Assembly: GCF_018977255.1 (NCBI RefSeq) | Contig: NW_024704743.1 | Span: 71,488,001-71,552,000 of the forward strand | From: Callorhinchus milii | Taxonomy: Eukaryota | DNA length: 64,000 bases | Reading direction: 5' to 3' | Part shown: positions 12,078 to 25,528 of the stretch, one piece after another | Layout: each line of letters starts with the position of its first letter | Position numbering within the stretch: the stretch's first letter is position 1 | Notes under the pieces: model-generated | The model's database searches: none | Told to the model about the DNA's origin: nothing | Seen by the model: the letters and a program-made list of their open reading frames with translations, nothing else | Translations under genes and position numbers: made by a program

Positions 12078-12400
12078 AGGTCTCAGTTGGTAGTACTCTT
12101 GCTTCTGAAACAGAAGGTTGTGAGTTCAGGCCCCAATATAGTCTATACTGACATTCCAGTACAGAGCTTGCGGGTATGCTGCATTGTTGGAGGTGCCGTC
12201 CTTTGGATGAGTTAAACTGGGTCCCTGTCTGCCTTTCCAGGTGGACATGGCACTATTCAAAAAGAGAACGGAATTTCTCCTGGTGAACAGTTTAACAATC
12301 CCCAAATAAAATTGATTCACACCATCGCAGTGTGCAACTTGCTGTTTTGTTTGCCCACAAAATACAGTTGTTACACATTGCAGTAAAGTAATTATTGAAG
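12078..12400 (+). mobile_element. Old Deu-domain SINE (SacSINE1/AmnSINE1-like)
   Basis: tRNA-like head CTCAGTTGGTAGTACTCTTGCTTCTGAAACAGAAGGTTGTGAGTTCAG, then GCTGCATTGTTGGAGGTGCCGTCCTTTGGATGAG. Homologous to 40025-40378 and 43283-43682. Confidence 0.7.
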
Positions 12401-13574
12401 CAGAGTTCTCAGGTTTCTTTAAAAGGAAATTTAATAGATGTTTGAAAAACAATAATCAAGTCTGTGGGAAGTGGGCAAGAGAGTGCAAATGCATTTTGCA
12501 ACAAATTCCATCTGGGTCCAGTTTACGCTATTTTCTTAGTATTTAACAGTATTCAGAGTTTCACATGTTGTTGAATTTAATCTTCACTTTGAAACTAAAG
12601 TGCAGGCTTGATGGGAAAGGTGGCTGTTTCAGTGCTTCAACACTCCAAAACATTCCATGATTCAAAGGGAATACATAGTCAATTTGAAAAGAGGATTTTG
12701 TCAGGTAATTTGCTGGACCTGGCATATCATGAATTGGATTTACGCAATCACTTTATCATGAATTGGGCTGTTGAATACTCCAAGAGGTTTGAGCTGCAAC
12801 TAGAATCATTATAGAAGTGCTTTGCAGCAAAAAGAATCTCCGAAATATTTCCTTATCCAGGCAAATTCTATATTGATTTTGTGCTTAGCCTTTTGCGAAT
12901 CTAGGAACGACAAATAAACTTTAACAGATACTTGTAGAATTAATGTCTGCAGAAGTTATCATTCAGGAAATCTTTTACCCAAACAAATCAATTCTCTGAA
13001 TTGCTGGATTCCATTATACTGGAACAGTATGATCTGTCAATCAGAGTTTGTGACTACTCCATTTCTACTAAGCTTTGGAACTATCTGAAATTGTATAATT
13101 CAGATCTAGGGTTAATGAGGTGACACTTTCCAACTTTCTATACATTATTTTCGAAAAAGACTTCCTTGGTCTGAAGAACAACTTCTATTATCTTGGGAAA
13201 CAAATGACTTCTAGTTGCAAGGTAAGTAAAAGCAAACACACTGAATTGAGGAGCTCTGAATTGTGCTCATCCAAGGCTTTAACATAAACTTGAAAAGCAC
13301 ATACAGAAGTAGTAATGTCCTCCAAGGAAATGTCAACCATTCAGACTCCCAATGGAGACTTTTTTTTAACCTTTTCTGACTCTATAAGATTTAAACTCTT
13401 TTGGGTGATTATCTGAAGGTCAGTGGAATTAGTTATAAAGCTCTCATACTCGAGGCTCAGAAAAATAGACGAGCGGAGAATAATACCAACTCAGCAGTCA
13501 TGGGTCCCGAAAGCTATCGTTTTTCCTCAAAGCTCCTCAAAATATCTTAAAATGTGGGACCGCACTTTCCTGCT

Positions 13575-14095
13575 CGGAGTCCTCCTTGACCCACTGCCAT
13601 CACTATGTCTCCACAAACGGTTTATTCACCCATCCTTGCACAGTCACCCAACTATACCCCAAGGCTCTATCCTTGGTCCCCTCCTTTCTCATCTCTTGGT
13701 GATGTCATCCCAGACCTGGGGTCAATTTCTACATGTATGGGGATGACACACAAATTTACTTTTCCTCCTCCAGCCAGTTCCACCAATGTTCTGTCAACTT
13801 GCTTGTTAGATATCAAGGCGTGGATGAACACTAAATTTCTGTGACTGACAGAAGCCACACTCCTTGGCTCCCATCAATATCTTCTCACCTGTGGCTCCAA
13901 CCTTCTTAACCTACCCAGCCTATCTGTCAGACTCACTGAAACTGTGCACAACCTAGGTATCAGGTTCAATGCCTAGCTGTCATTCTAACCCACATCTGGT
14001 CCCTGTCTAGGACCGCTTTCCTTTACCACCAACATATCATCCACCTTTGACTGTACCTCACACCTAACACAGCTGAAACTCTTATTCATGCATTC
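13575..14095 (+). mobile_element. Degenerate L2 LINE RT fragment
   Basis: IPQGSILGPLL and LSTCLLDIKAWMNTKFL motifs, with frameshifts. Confidence 0.8.
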
Positions 14096-14825
14096 ATGAG
14101 GTTAATGAACAAAGGGATCAAGGTGTTCAGTTTCATAAATCTTTAAAATGTATTGCACAAGTGCAGAAGGTAATCAAAAATGCTAATGTAATGTTGACAT
14201 TTATCCCAAGAGGTTAGAATACAAGAATCAAGAAGTGATACTACAATTGTATAAAATACTGGTCAGATGCCATTTGGAGTATTGTGTGCAGTTTTGGACA
14301 CCAAACCTTAGGAAGGATATATTGGTTTTAGAGAGTGTCAGGCATTGATTTACTAGAATGATTCCTGATGTCACAGACCTGAATTATGATGAAAGGATAG
14401 AAAAACATGGATTGTATTCTCCCGAGATCAGGAGGTTGAGGGGTGATCTGATCAAGGTATATAAAATTATGAAAAGATTTGAGAAGCTGAATAGCAAGCA
14501 ACGGTTTCCTCTGATGAGAGAATTGAGAACTAGAGGCCACAGTTTTAACTTGAGGCTAAACAAACCTTTAGAAATGAAATAAAAAAACATTTTGTCACAC
14601 AGTAGGTGATGGGAGTGTGGAATTCACTCCCCCAGAGGAAAGTGTAGGCAGAGTCAATTGAAAAATTTAAAAGGCACGAAGATAAATACTTGATAGACAG
14701 AGGTATTTAGGGATATGAAGAGAGGGCGGGGAGATAGAATTGAGTTGCTGATTGGCCACAATCTTGGAACACAGTAGAACAGGCTTGATGGGTCGACTGG
14801 CCTCTTCCTGTTCTTATGTTCCTTT
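14096..14825 (+). mobile_element. CR1 LINE 3' fragment
   Basis: [39 protein letters not shown], and a CR1-type 3' UTR ending TTCTTATGTT. Confidence 0.88.
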
Positions 14826-16108
14826 TAATGCTATTATTGTTATATTTTACAAATTATACAGATTTTAGAAAACTGCAGGATGTAGGGGACACATTGTGAT
14901 ATACAAAGTCTAAGCTTTCCAAGTGAATACAATTTTTTTAAATTTTAAGTACAGAACTGCAGAAAAACACATTTCAGTGTTTGACTCAATGGAAGAGTCT
15001 TCACAAGAGAATGAATCAACATCAAGCATAGCTTTCTATGGGATTTAATGGCAACAGATCAAAATTCTTGGAATATTTCCATTGATATTCTACAAACCAT
15101 ATGCATATTTTAAAAAAATGCAATTTTAAATTTCCTTTGAATAATTTATCTTAAAAGCTAAAGTCTACAGGGAAAGTCGTGCAAATCTTTGCAGATCAAA
15201 ACCAGTACAGGAGCTTGGAACTGACCCCAAAATGAAAGTGTCAAACAGAATAAAAAGGAAAAGAGAACGACTTAAACCAAAAAAAAATGCAATTCATGTG
15301 GGATAAAAGTTTCAGCACTGATGAAGTTTGCTGAGTTCTGATCTTTTCTGATAGATTTTATTCAGTCACTTGTATCTGATGCTCCAATGAGCAATTCCAC
15401 TAAATCTTGCTTTCCTGCTTTTCTTCATTTAGAAACATTGCTTTATACAGCAACAACATAGGATAACATCCCAGAGTGCTTCCTAGAGATGGGGGTAGGA
15501 ATTATAAACTGATAATTCATATCAATTCTCAAAAATGCTTATAATCCTAGGTCTTTAGAGAACGTTTAAAAAATAATCTGTGTATTTACATATGGTAAAT
15601 GACTAATGCCAAATAAAAAACAGCTTTATGCTTGAGCAACCAACACTTCCATTTGTATAACATGGTTCTAAACTATGCAGCTACCCTATGTCACTCCCTT
15701 TCCCATTTGAGTTTTCCTGGTTTAATGCAGCATTTAATACAAGGCTCAGACTTTACTTTATCTTTTTCAAGCTATTGCTAGGCTTGGAAGTAGTTGCCCC
15801 CATCCCTTCTACCAGAGTTCCTATTATGATATTCTATTGTATCAGGACTTCGCCTCTTGTGCTCATCCCCATGGGGGAAATTTGGAGCCAGACAATAGGA
15901 GGTGATTTATAGGAGTGCAGCAACGTGAACGCCAATCGTTTTAGCTGTGAATGTTCAAAGTCAGGATTATATCCAACTTATTCCAGGACCAAAAAGACTG
16001 CCCATCAGAGACACACTCCTTATTTAGTGCACCGTGGCAGCAAATGTTTGCTGGCTGGGTTGTGCTAAAATTTAAAGCCAACATAATCTGGACTACTAAC
16101 AGTAATAA

Positions 16109-16620
16109 TTAATTGATTCAGCAAGACTTACATAAGTCTTAGCTTTATAAATCGCCTAAGTCGTACATTCACCTGAGTCCCATTCAGTTTCTAATCAAAA
16201 CCACTTAGAATTCTTTACACTACTTGTATTACCTCTCAACTCGTAATGCCGCTCCCCTACCTTCCATTACTCCCACACTTACCGGCTGAATTGAATTGCA
16301 GGAAATATAGTCTTGATCTGTCAACGCATGCGCTGAAGAACTCCATTTCCCGCGATTCAATGCGATTCCAATGCTTGCCGGTAAGTGCACATGCGGTGAC
16401 GTGTCAAGATGCATTGATCCGTCACCACATGCGCACTTACCGGATACAGTGACAAACTAGCAAATGTGCACTGCATTAAATTACACATGCGCAGTGTAGA
16501 TTATTGATTAAATCGTATTTTCTAAGACTTATACAATCTGCCTACAGCTCAGACTTTGTGTAAACTAAATGTTAAGGTCCCAACTAATATGACTTATGTG
16601 AGTCTTACTGTAATCATTAA
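16109..16620. mobile_element. Putative non-autonomous DNA transposon with ~30-bp terminal inverted repeats
   Basis: TTAATTGATTCAGCAAGACTTACATAAGTC (16109-16138) versus GACTTATGTGAGTCTTACTGTAATCATTAA (16591-16620). The interior is CpG-rich. Confidence 0.55.
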
Positions 16621-16847
16621 ATTCAAGCATGGGTTTCATCTAACCACTATTTCTCAATTTATCCCATCTTTTCTCCTTCTCTTAACCTTGATGTCTTACA
16701 TATACTATAGAGCAGGGCATTTCATGGATGAAATTAATTCACCAAAGGGAAAGCTTGGAAGCCAGAGGTGTTAGTTGACTCATTGCTCACCGTGTCAAAA
16801 CAGTGTAAGGCAGCAACAAAGAAGGGAAACAGGATGTTGGACTAAAT

Positions 16848-16989
16848 CAGTGGTGGCCAAACTTTTTGATTGATCAATAAAATAAAAGCACCTTGATCAA
16901 ATATTTCTTGATTTATGGCATAAATCTACGCTATTTGTTTTTTTCTATGATTATTTTGCCAGCCAACCACAAAGCTTGGCCCATCACTG
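16848..16989. mobile_element. Small hAT-like MITE within a CR1 remnant
   Basis: CAGTGGTGGCCAA...TTGGCCCATCACTG termini. The left flank translates as CR1-like QCKAATKKGNRML. No clean 8-bp TSD. Confidence 0.5.
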
Positions 16990-17872
16990 CTATAGAATTT
17001 GGGCTTCATCTAGAAATCCAACAAAAAAATCTCTGCTGTATCTGTTAAAACAATGTTTTAAATCTCTTGTTTTTAATCACCTCCTTCCCTGAGGCAATGA
17101 GCGGATGCAGGAAAGCATTGGAGAGTTAATGGATTAGTATTATGCTAAACATTTTTGTCTAATAGGATAATCATGTTTTAATATTTGTAAGAGCTTAACA
17201 TTGCTGACTGTTGCTGTCCACACATGTCACCACAATAGGTTCAATCTTACTTTTCTTGCAGGGATTGTAATGAGATGTAACTATATATATTTGCAGCAAT
17301 ATTAATCTCAACCCAAACATCCACTAGAATTGCACTGTTTTTTCTTGAAGGACAATTTGTATCAATGACTGTGACAGATGCCATCCTTAACTAGCAATGC
17401 AAGACCCCTCTCTTTTATTGCAGCATTTACACTGCACAGTTGGTGGGGAATTGCTGCAATTTTGGTGGCTATTTCACCACCAAATGTGCAGTGTAAATCT
17501 GGTTTGAGCCAACATGAATCATGCTGAAGCCCCGCTCCTTTCAGTACTGACAGGAGGCGGTGCTTTCAGCAGCTGTGATCCACAACAGCTGCAGAGGAGA
17601 ACCACATTGACTTCGCTCCCCTAACCACGAGCCAAGGTCTTTTAGCAGAACCTGTCTTACGTACTATTAAAGAGAAGATTGTGCGCCTGCTACAATCTGA
17701 AATCAAACTTTGTTTTGCAATGTAAAGCAGGAGCTATAAATTGAGATTTCAATTACACATTGTTATATTGGTGGGAGCATTTATACACAGTGTACCGTTT
17801 AATACTGTGTATCGATTGTAGGTGGTATTTGTAAATTGATAACAAGGTGTGAAGAAAGGCTAAGGTACTTAC

Positions 17873-17987
17873 AGGCAGGATGTCTCTCGACGAGCATAAA
17901 TATATTCACATTTGCCATGTATGCAGATATTTTCTGAGCACAGCTGGTAGTTCCCAGTGTAATCATCTTCCCTTTGATCACTGGCAT
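17873..17987 (-). CDS. TMEFF1: TMEFF1 exon (EGF-like domain N-terminal half)
   Basis: (D)ASDQREDDYTGNYQLCSENICIHGKCEYIYARRETSC(L). AG at 17989-17988, GTAAGT at 17872. 115 nt, phase 1/2. Confidence 0.93.
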
Positions 17988-18699
17988 CTTAAAAGAAAAT
18001 TAAGAATTGTCAGCATTAGATGCATTCACATCACTTGTTTTACATGCCTGACACAGGTTGAATATTTCCAAATTACCATCATGACATTTAAGCAGCATTT
18101 GCAGAACGAATATGATGAAGGAACTCATTCTTTGCGAGCAAGCTTACAAAGGCACTTGATATCACACTAAGCAACTGAGAAACGTTTAAAAAAAATTAGT
18201 CACTAATAGTATTTAAGTTTTGCTACTTTCAGGTTTCCAGCATAATCTTATAAAGTGCTCTGAGATGTGACCCTACATGAAGAGCGCTATATAAATGCCA
18301 GTTGTCGTTTCATTAAATTGCCTAAATTAGGTGTTTGGTCTTTGCATACATGTGATAAATTTAAAATTTCAAAGCGCTTCACAGGACCTTCACTGTAAAG
18401 TGACTGTGTATTTGTAGATGAGCTAGGATAAAAGTATGAACATGAGCAGGTGGAGTAGAGTGGAGAATTTTTGTTCAAACATAATTGAAGGTTTATCTAA
18501 GAAAAATGTTTAATCTGCAAATGATTCAATGTCTAAGCCCTGCATTACACGTGGCTATAGCAATGAATACCTTGCTTATGAACAGTATTCATGATATTCT
18601 TTGTGAAATACCGCAATTACCTATAATTTTAAGAATAACAGTTCCTCAAAATGGAGTGAATTTTGCTTGTGCCCCACTCCTTCCACTTGTGCCTACTTT

Positions 18700-18960
18700 G
18701 CTGTGCATCCCCCCACCCAACCCCTCTCTACCATCGGTAGCTGTACCTTCAGCCACTAGGACCTAAGTTCTGGAATTCTCTGCCTCAATCCCTGCACTTC
18801 ACCCATTCTTTCGCTATCTTTAAATCTGAAAAACATCTTTTTGACTGTGCTGATAGTTCATCTCTCCCTCCCCCCTCAGTGTCCAACCCCATCAATGTAC
18901 AGCACTCTGACTCATTATCCTACATGAAGGGCGCTATATAAATGCAAGTTGTTGTTGTTG
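18700..18960 (+). mobile_element. L2 LINE 3' end
   Basis: GGGCGCTATATAAATGCAAGTTGTTGTTG tail. Ends about 40 nt from the exon donor at 18998. Confidence 0.75.
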
Positions 18961-18998
18961 AATATTTTCAGTGAATTGTAGGTTGCTTTTCTCCATAC

Positions 18999-19058
18999 CT
19001 TTAACTTCTGGCCCAAACTGAAATCCATCATCTTTCTTCCCCAGTGAGCTGGCGTCAT
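18999..19058 (-). CDS. TMEFF1: TMEFF1 exon (linker)
   Basis: (D)DASSLGKKDDGFQFGPEVK, compare human DDTSLLGKKDDGLQYRPDVK. AG at 19060-19059, GTATGG at 18998. 60 nt, phase 1/1. Confidence 0.9.
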
Positions 19059-21634
19059 CTTTAAAACAAAGGTGATCAAATATAATACAGTGTTATAAGT
19101 CTCATTTGTGGCCCACCTGAAACAAAGCAAAACAAGTCTTCAAAAATATTATGACATGCTTCCATCTGCCTTTGCTCATTTCACTTTGTCTGGCTATAGG
19201 TTTAGTTTACTCCTCTGATTGATTTTCCATTCCACATATATAGCTTTTAGCTCTAAGTGGCACTGGTGTATTTTCTATTGGGCAGTCGTTTTGCTTTCAA
19301 CACTCTCCCACTTGTAATGGCTGTACACCAGCACCTAGCTCCCAGAGTACACACAAAGAACTTTCTAGCCATTGTAAAGTGGTTATCTTTCATCTGCAAT
19401 ACGTCACTTAGCAATATCAACCATCTATTTTCACGTAAGGACTCCTTCCAGTCAAATCTTCCATACATGGATACTCAAGGTGTACCTGGGCAGTTGACCA
19501 TAAGATTGGAAAACAGAAACAATGCCCACGAGACACAGCTGTGCATGGTGCTGTCAGTTCTTATTCATCTGTTTCACTTCAGCTGGCTGCAACATGTACT
19601 CCACAAGAATTCCTTGATGCCCTTTAAAGACTTTTGTTGATCAATGTGTCTCCATTAATGGTGAGGTACTGTAACGTTGCAAGTGTAACATTCACCTTTT
19701 TGCAATATAGCACATGAAAATCTGAATTCACTGATGCTGAAGCCTGGCACATTGTCCAGTAAATATTGTATATAAGGAATAGCTTATACCTATCACATCC
19801 TGCAATTGGGACAAAGATTTGGGAGGAGATTCCTTTCCTGGTTAATGCTGTGCCAACTACTAGGCAGACAAAGAGGAAAACATTCCACAATGTTAATAAG
19901 TACGGCAAAGTCTGCAAAGTAAAGCTGACCTGCAATGGAGGAAATTCGATGTGCCAAGGAGAGACCAGAGCAAGAGGATTTATTAGGATATGAAGAGTCA
20001 CTGTTATATAGAACCACAGACCAACTGTAACAATTCATCAGAATGATGAAGGGATGCAGCTACGATAAAGGGATGGGCAATGTAATGTCAAGTGATATTC
20101 ACTAGATATGAGTCCTTTAATTAAAGATCATTTGATCAAGGTGAATAAAGAGACTTGGCATGGTAGATTGGGAACAGCTCTTCCCTCTGACAGAGGAATG
20201 AATGCAGGTGAAGTGTCATGTAAGAGACTCATGGCAAAGATTGTGGAAGATCAATTAAAGAGTAAATGTGGAGAAATGGTTGGAGGGCAAGAAGAAAAGC
20301 AGAGGAAAAATAAAGTTTTTCAGGCTAGCAAGATGTACTGAGTGGTGTCCAGGGCTGCTCTTATTTACTGTACACAAAAATAATTAATTCAGAGAAACTG
20401 GGTCAGCTGGTCAATTGGGTCCAATGTCTCAGAAGCGCATTACAGGCAGGGCCTGATAAAATGACCAACTTCTGACATTACTTTCTGCATGTTATGCGTA
20501 TTCTAAGCAAAAGGGGCACCGATGTAACTTCCTTCACAAAGCAACATCAATGGTGCTCCCGCAGTGTGTAAAATACATTTGCTGTGCTCTGAAAGTAGCA
20601 GCAGCAATATTTCTGCACAAAGCAAGTGGTGTCACCTGCAACCTGATACCAGGAAGTTTTTTTTAATGTAGCAGGAAATCAAGTACTCGAACAGGATACC
20701 AGGTGATATAGCACAGGATTTTCTGGCTGGCATTACACAAGAATTTCATGTCTAGATAATGCCACCCCCCCATCCTCCTCCCTTCTAATTCAGGTAGTTA
20801 ATCTCATTGTCTAATGAGACAATGCATCACCAGTACAGTTCACAACATTATCATGATTCCTGTGATAAGGAAGGATTGACTTGCCTCTCCACCGCTTTGT
20901 CCAGATTGCTGAGCAAACACACCATCCTTCTGACCCACCTCAGCAGTGTGTTTGTCAGCTGTTGAATAGCATGGGGTGATGTCAAAAAGATCCCCAAGAG
21001 GGAACTGGAATTGTTGTTAAAATGATAAAAGTACTGTAACCTTCACTGCCACCAGTAGTTAGTCTGGATGAATGAGAACTGCGACTCAATGACTTAGATC
21101 TATTCCGCCTCACAGGAAAACCTCAGCCTCCACTGACGCTGCTCCTCTTTACACAACTGATAGGAGTCTGACCCTCCAGATCTTCTTCTCCAGAGAAACC
21201 TCTGCCTGTACAGCCTTCCTGTTTGTCCCTCTCTTCAACCAATAAAATAAACAATACTAAGGGGACTGAAAGCAGACTTTGAAGTAATGAGTCAGAACCA
21301 GAGATAATCTCATCACTCTGCAGGTTGTTTTGTAGACTTACCACACACCCAGAGCATGTTCAAACAGCACCATGGCTTTAGTCCAGCATTAAATTGGCCC
21401 TTCTGGGCTTTAATTAGCTTCCAACTGCAGATAACTACCTTAATTGTTCCTTCAGCAAGGGATTTGAAAACCACTTTCAAACACTGGTAATGAAAAATGG
21501 ACAATTACAATTTCAAAATGTAAAGCACAGAAAGTCTTCCAATTATATGTCTGTTGCTAACCAGGGGCACTCACTAGACTTTTCACAAACAGAAAATTCC
21601 CCCCACTCTTACTGACTTTTTTTTGCCAATGTAT

Positions 21635-23232
21635 TTGAGGATCCTTAAGTAACTAAGAGAGGAAGTCGCAGAAACGCTGGCACAAATCTTTCAAAAATCA
21701 CTGAATACTGGAGAGGTGCCGGGGGATCGGAGAAAGGCAGATGGTACTCCTATTTTTAAGAAAGGTAACAAAAGTGACCCAGGAAACCACAGCCCAGTAA
21801 TTTTGACGTCCATTGTGGGTAAAATTATGGAGACTCTTATTAAGGATAAAATCATGGAGCATCCAGACAGAAATAAAATCATAAATGATAGCTAATATGA
21901 GTTCATGAAGGAGACGTCTTGCCAATCTAATTTACTGTTTTTCTTTGAAAGTGTGTCAAGGGAGCTTGATAACGGGAACAACAACAACAACTTGGATTTA
22001 TATAGCGCCCTCCACGCAGGATGGCGTCTCAGAGCACTTAACAGTGCTCTGACTGACACTTAACAGAGTCTGACTGAGCTGGGGCAAGAGGGGAGGTGGC
22101 TGTAAGCATGGTTGAAGAGGAAAAGGTAAGGCTGTGGATGTTATATATCTGGATTTCAATAAGGCCTTTGTATAATTCCTCGAGAGGCTGGCACTGAAAG
22201 TAAAGAAACCGGGAATCAGTGGAGGTATATTACAATGGATAGGCAATTGGTTGACCTGAAGAACCCAGAAGGTGGTAGTGCAGGGAGTGTCATCAGAATG
22301 GGAAAATGTTACCAGTGGAGTTACACAAGGGTCTGTTTTGGCACCTCTTTTGTTTAATATTTTTATAAATGATCTTGAACTAGGAATCGTAAGCATAGTG
22401 ACTAAGTTTGCAGATGACACCAAGCTAATGAAGGTGGTAGATTGCGAAGCTGAACAAGATAGGTTACAGGAGGTTTTGAACATACTTGGGAATTGACAAT
22501 AAATTGAAACTCTCCCAACAATACTCTGTGCAGCGAGTAAAGCAAACCAGATGTTGTAGTGTATCAAAAGATCAATAGCAAGCCGAAATAGTGAGGTAAT
22601 CCTGCCACTGTATAAATCATTGGTGAGACAATACTTACAACAACAACAACAACTTGGGATTTATATAGCGTCCTCCACACTGGACGGCGTCTTAAAATAC
22701 TGTGTACAGTTCTAGTCGCCGCAGTACAAAAAGGATATTGGAGAAATCGAGAAGATACAGAGGAGGGTAACCAAAATGATTGAGGGAATGGAGGGACTGA
22801 ACTATGAGGAGCGACTAAGTAAATGGGCATGTTCATGCTGGAAAAGAGAAGATTGAGAGGCGACATGATTGCTGACTTTAAAATTCTAGAGGGGCAACAC
22901 AATATAGATCATGATGGGCTGTTTCAACTTGTCGAGAATAGTAAAATCAGAGGTCACAGCCTGCGAATGAAAGGGGTAAATTCAGAACGAATCTACGCAA
23001 ATACTATTTCAGTGAGCGAATAGTGAAACGGTGGAACAGGCTCCCTATGGAGATGGTTGAAGCAGGAAGTGCTGATTCTTTCAAACACAGATTAGATTGT
23101 TTTCTTTTGGGAAGTAACATTATGGGGTATAGTACTTAAGTAGTTTGGGACATGTGTGCATGAGACCGCCAGGAAGTTGGAAGGCAAACTAGATGGACCT
23201 TGGTCTTTTCTCGTCTAGCATTTCTCATGTTC
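21635..23232 (+). mobile_element. CR1 LINE ORF2 3' part, pseudogenised, with two nested L2 tails
   Basis: IFQKSLNTGEVP, KAVDVIYLDF, VTSGVTQGSVLAPLLFNIFINDL, KFADDTKL, LEKRRLRGDMI, IRGH, and a 3' UTR ending TTTCTCATGTTCTTAT. Confidence 0.92.
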
Positions 23233-23910
23233 TTATATTCCTATGTAAAGAAAATACCAATTGTGACATTGTGGTTTTGAAGCAATTGTTTTAATCTTAT
23301 AAACAGCTTTCAATATTTCATGGACAAAAGAGAAAGATGTGTGAATACTGTTTTTAGGATGTTTTAATTGAAACCAATAAACAGCTATTGAAAATGATCT
23401 TTGTAAGGTCAATGCTGGATTGAACCTTTCTGCAATAATTCGCCCCCATGCTCTCCCTCTGCACGGGTTAGTCTCACATAATGGTATGTTCAGTTGCCTG
23501 GAGACATGCTTCATATATTAATGGATAATTCAACTGGGAACAAACCTGCTGACAAGTTCCATTAAAGGGGAGGCATGTTTTCATTTTGAACAGCATAATT
23601 ATGAATGGAAAACATAGTAATTTGAAAATTACAATAGCTCTGGGATGGCGGAAATACACAATAATATGGAGCTAAACCACATGGCTACATGTGGTAAATG
23701 GGGATGCAAATTAGGTCAAAACATCACCAACAACATTAGAGCTAAGCTAAATGATAAGCAACAATGGCTGTTACTGTATCATTTCAAATCTTTGCTGATG
23801 GACAAAGTGTTGAAGGTTCTCCAGTATTTTCCTGACATAAGCATTCCCAGAAAACTGGCAATTCTCTTAAAATAATTTGGACATAGTCTCAAATTTATAA
23901 AAATGTTTAC

Positions 23911-24059
23911 CTAGGCATTTGCCAAGATGTTTTACTTCAATCCGCTCCTGTCTCTGACAAGATGCTTCTTTGACCAAGCAAGGACTGTCATAGGACTTTC
24001 CATTCGACGCACACACAGGATTGTAGTTGAATCTGATGCAGTCTATATTACACACGCAC
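23911..24059 (-). CDS. TMEFF1: TMEFF1 exon (second follistatin/Kazal domain)
   Basis: (W)CVCNIDCIRFNYNPVCASNGKSYDSPCLVKEASCQRQERIEVKHLGKCL. AG at 24061-24060, GT at 23910. 149 nt, phase 2/1. Confidence 0.96.
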
Positions 24060-25528
24060 CTGATAAAATGGAAACAATAAACCTGTGAGTTAATTATACA
24101 CGTTACCAGTTACATTATGTAAATTACTCCACAGAATGAAACCTTTCATCCATAGAGACTGGTTAAACTGTCTTCTAACAGTTCCCTCAGAACAACAAAA
24201 TCAAGACTGCCAAGCTCTGAAATTCATTAGCTGCACTGTATGCCGTTACAGCTTTTATTTAATAGACACAATTGATATTAATGCTACTGTTCATGGAGTG
24301 AATATTACATACGTAAAAATCAAAAATAATTCAGAGACAGCAACACGGTATTCTATAATTCATATACACTTAAGGGGCTACTAGAAGCTGTGCATGCTTA
24401 AACTACACACAATGTCTCATCAGTGACTGAGTGCACATCTTCTTTCACTTACGTGCAAGACTGTCAACCACTCTTAAATATAACATTTCAGGATGTGATA
24501 TGACAGAACACTGAAAAAAGCCTATTGCTGTATTTATCATGCTCAGCAGGAAGTGAAATAATCTTACTTTCAGGAGTTTAGGGATATGAAGTCTGTTCTA
24601 GCTTGTTTACCACTTCCTGCTCCTGCACTGTTAAATTATATCGTATTGGGATGCTGTGTAAAAAGTACAATGCAATTTATGTTTATTTTGCACCATTCAT
24701 GTTAGGAGCCATCTTAAAACGCTTGACAATGCTGGGTGAGCACCTAAGGTGTGGGTGGGGACCGAGGGGAAAGATGACCAAAAGTGCAGTCAGACAGATA
24801 TATTTTGAGACATGCCTTGAATGAAGAGAGGGAGGGAGTTAGAGGGACGGATTTCCAGTGAGCGGTAACAGAATGGTTGAAAGTGTCTGGAATTGAGTGT
24901 TGGTTGTTTAACATTATCGAAGAGCTTGTCGCGCTCCAGACTCTTTGATAATCTTAAAATCTGACTGATGTTCACTCTTGCATGGCAGACTTCTGTGCAT
25001 CCATTCACTCGTGCATGCACACAGCTCTTCTTATCCCCAGGCAAGAGAGATTGCGAGCGAGCCAGCTTTGTATCCCTACATTTTGAATCCCTTCCAAAGT
25101 GTCCTGTCCTCCATGTTTTTTATATGAAGCTAAAATGGGCCCCTTAGATTGCTTCATTGGCAGCTGAGATTCAAAGAGTGTTGCAGAGCCACATCTGTGA
25201 TCCCCATAATCCCTATTCCAGTGGGAATTATGTGTAGCTCAATTAGAGATAAGCTACGATTCAAGCATATTTAAGTTAAGAGAAACTCAATGTCAAGCTT
25301 CCCTTAATTTCTGTGTTAGTGTAAATATTGTCACTGATGTGTTTTACCGGTTCATGGTACTATATTTAACATAAGCCCACTAGAAGCACTGGAGTATTGT
25401 GTAAAACATCCAAGTGACCGTACTTTTCATTGTGTTCTACAATATTCAGGTTATATTTCTGCACAATCTCTACCAGAAAAAACATAAGTGGATGAGAGTT
25501 TATTTCACATATTAAAACAATACAATTT

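Noticed and set aside
19059..19118. Alternative upstream acceptor (TTTGTTTCAG) extending the 60-nt exon
   Set aside because: The extension has an in-frame TGA in the TMEFF1 frame.
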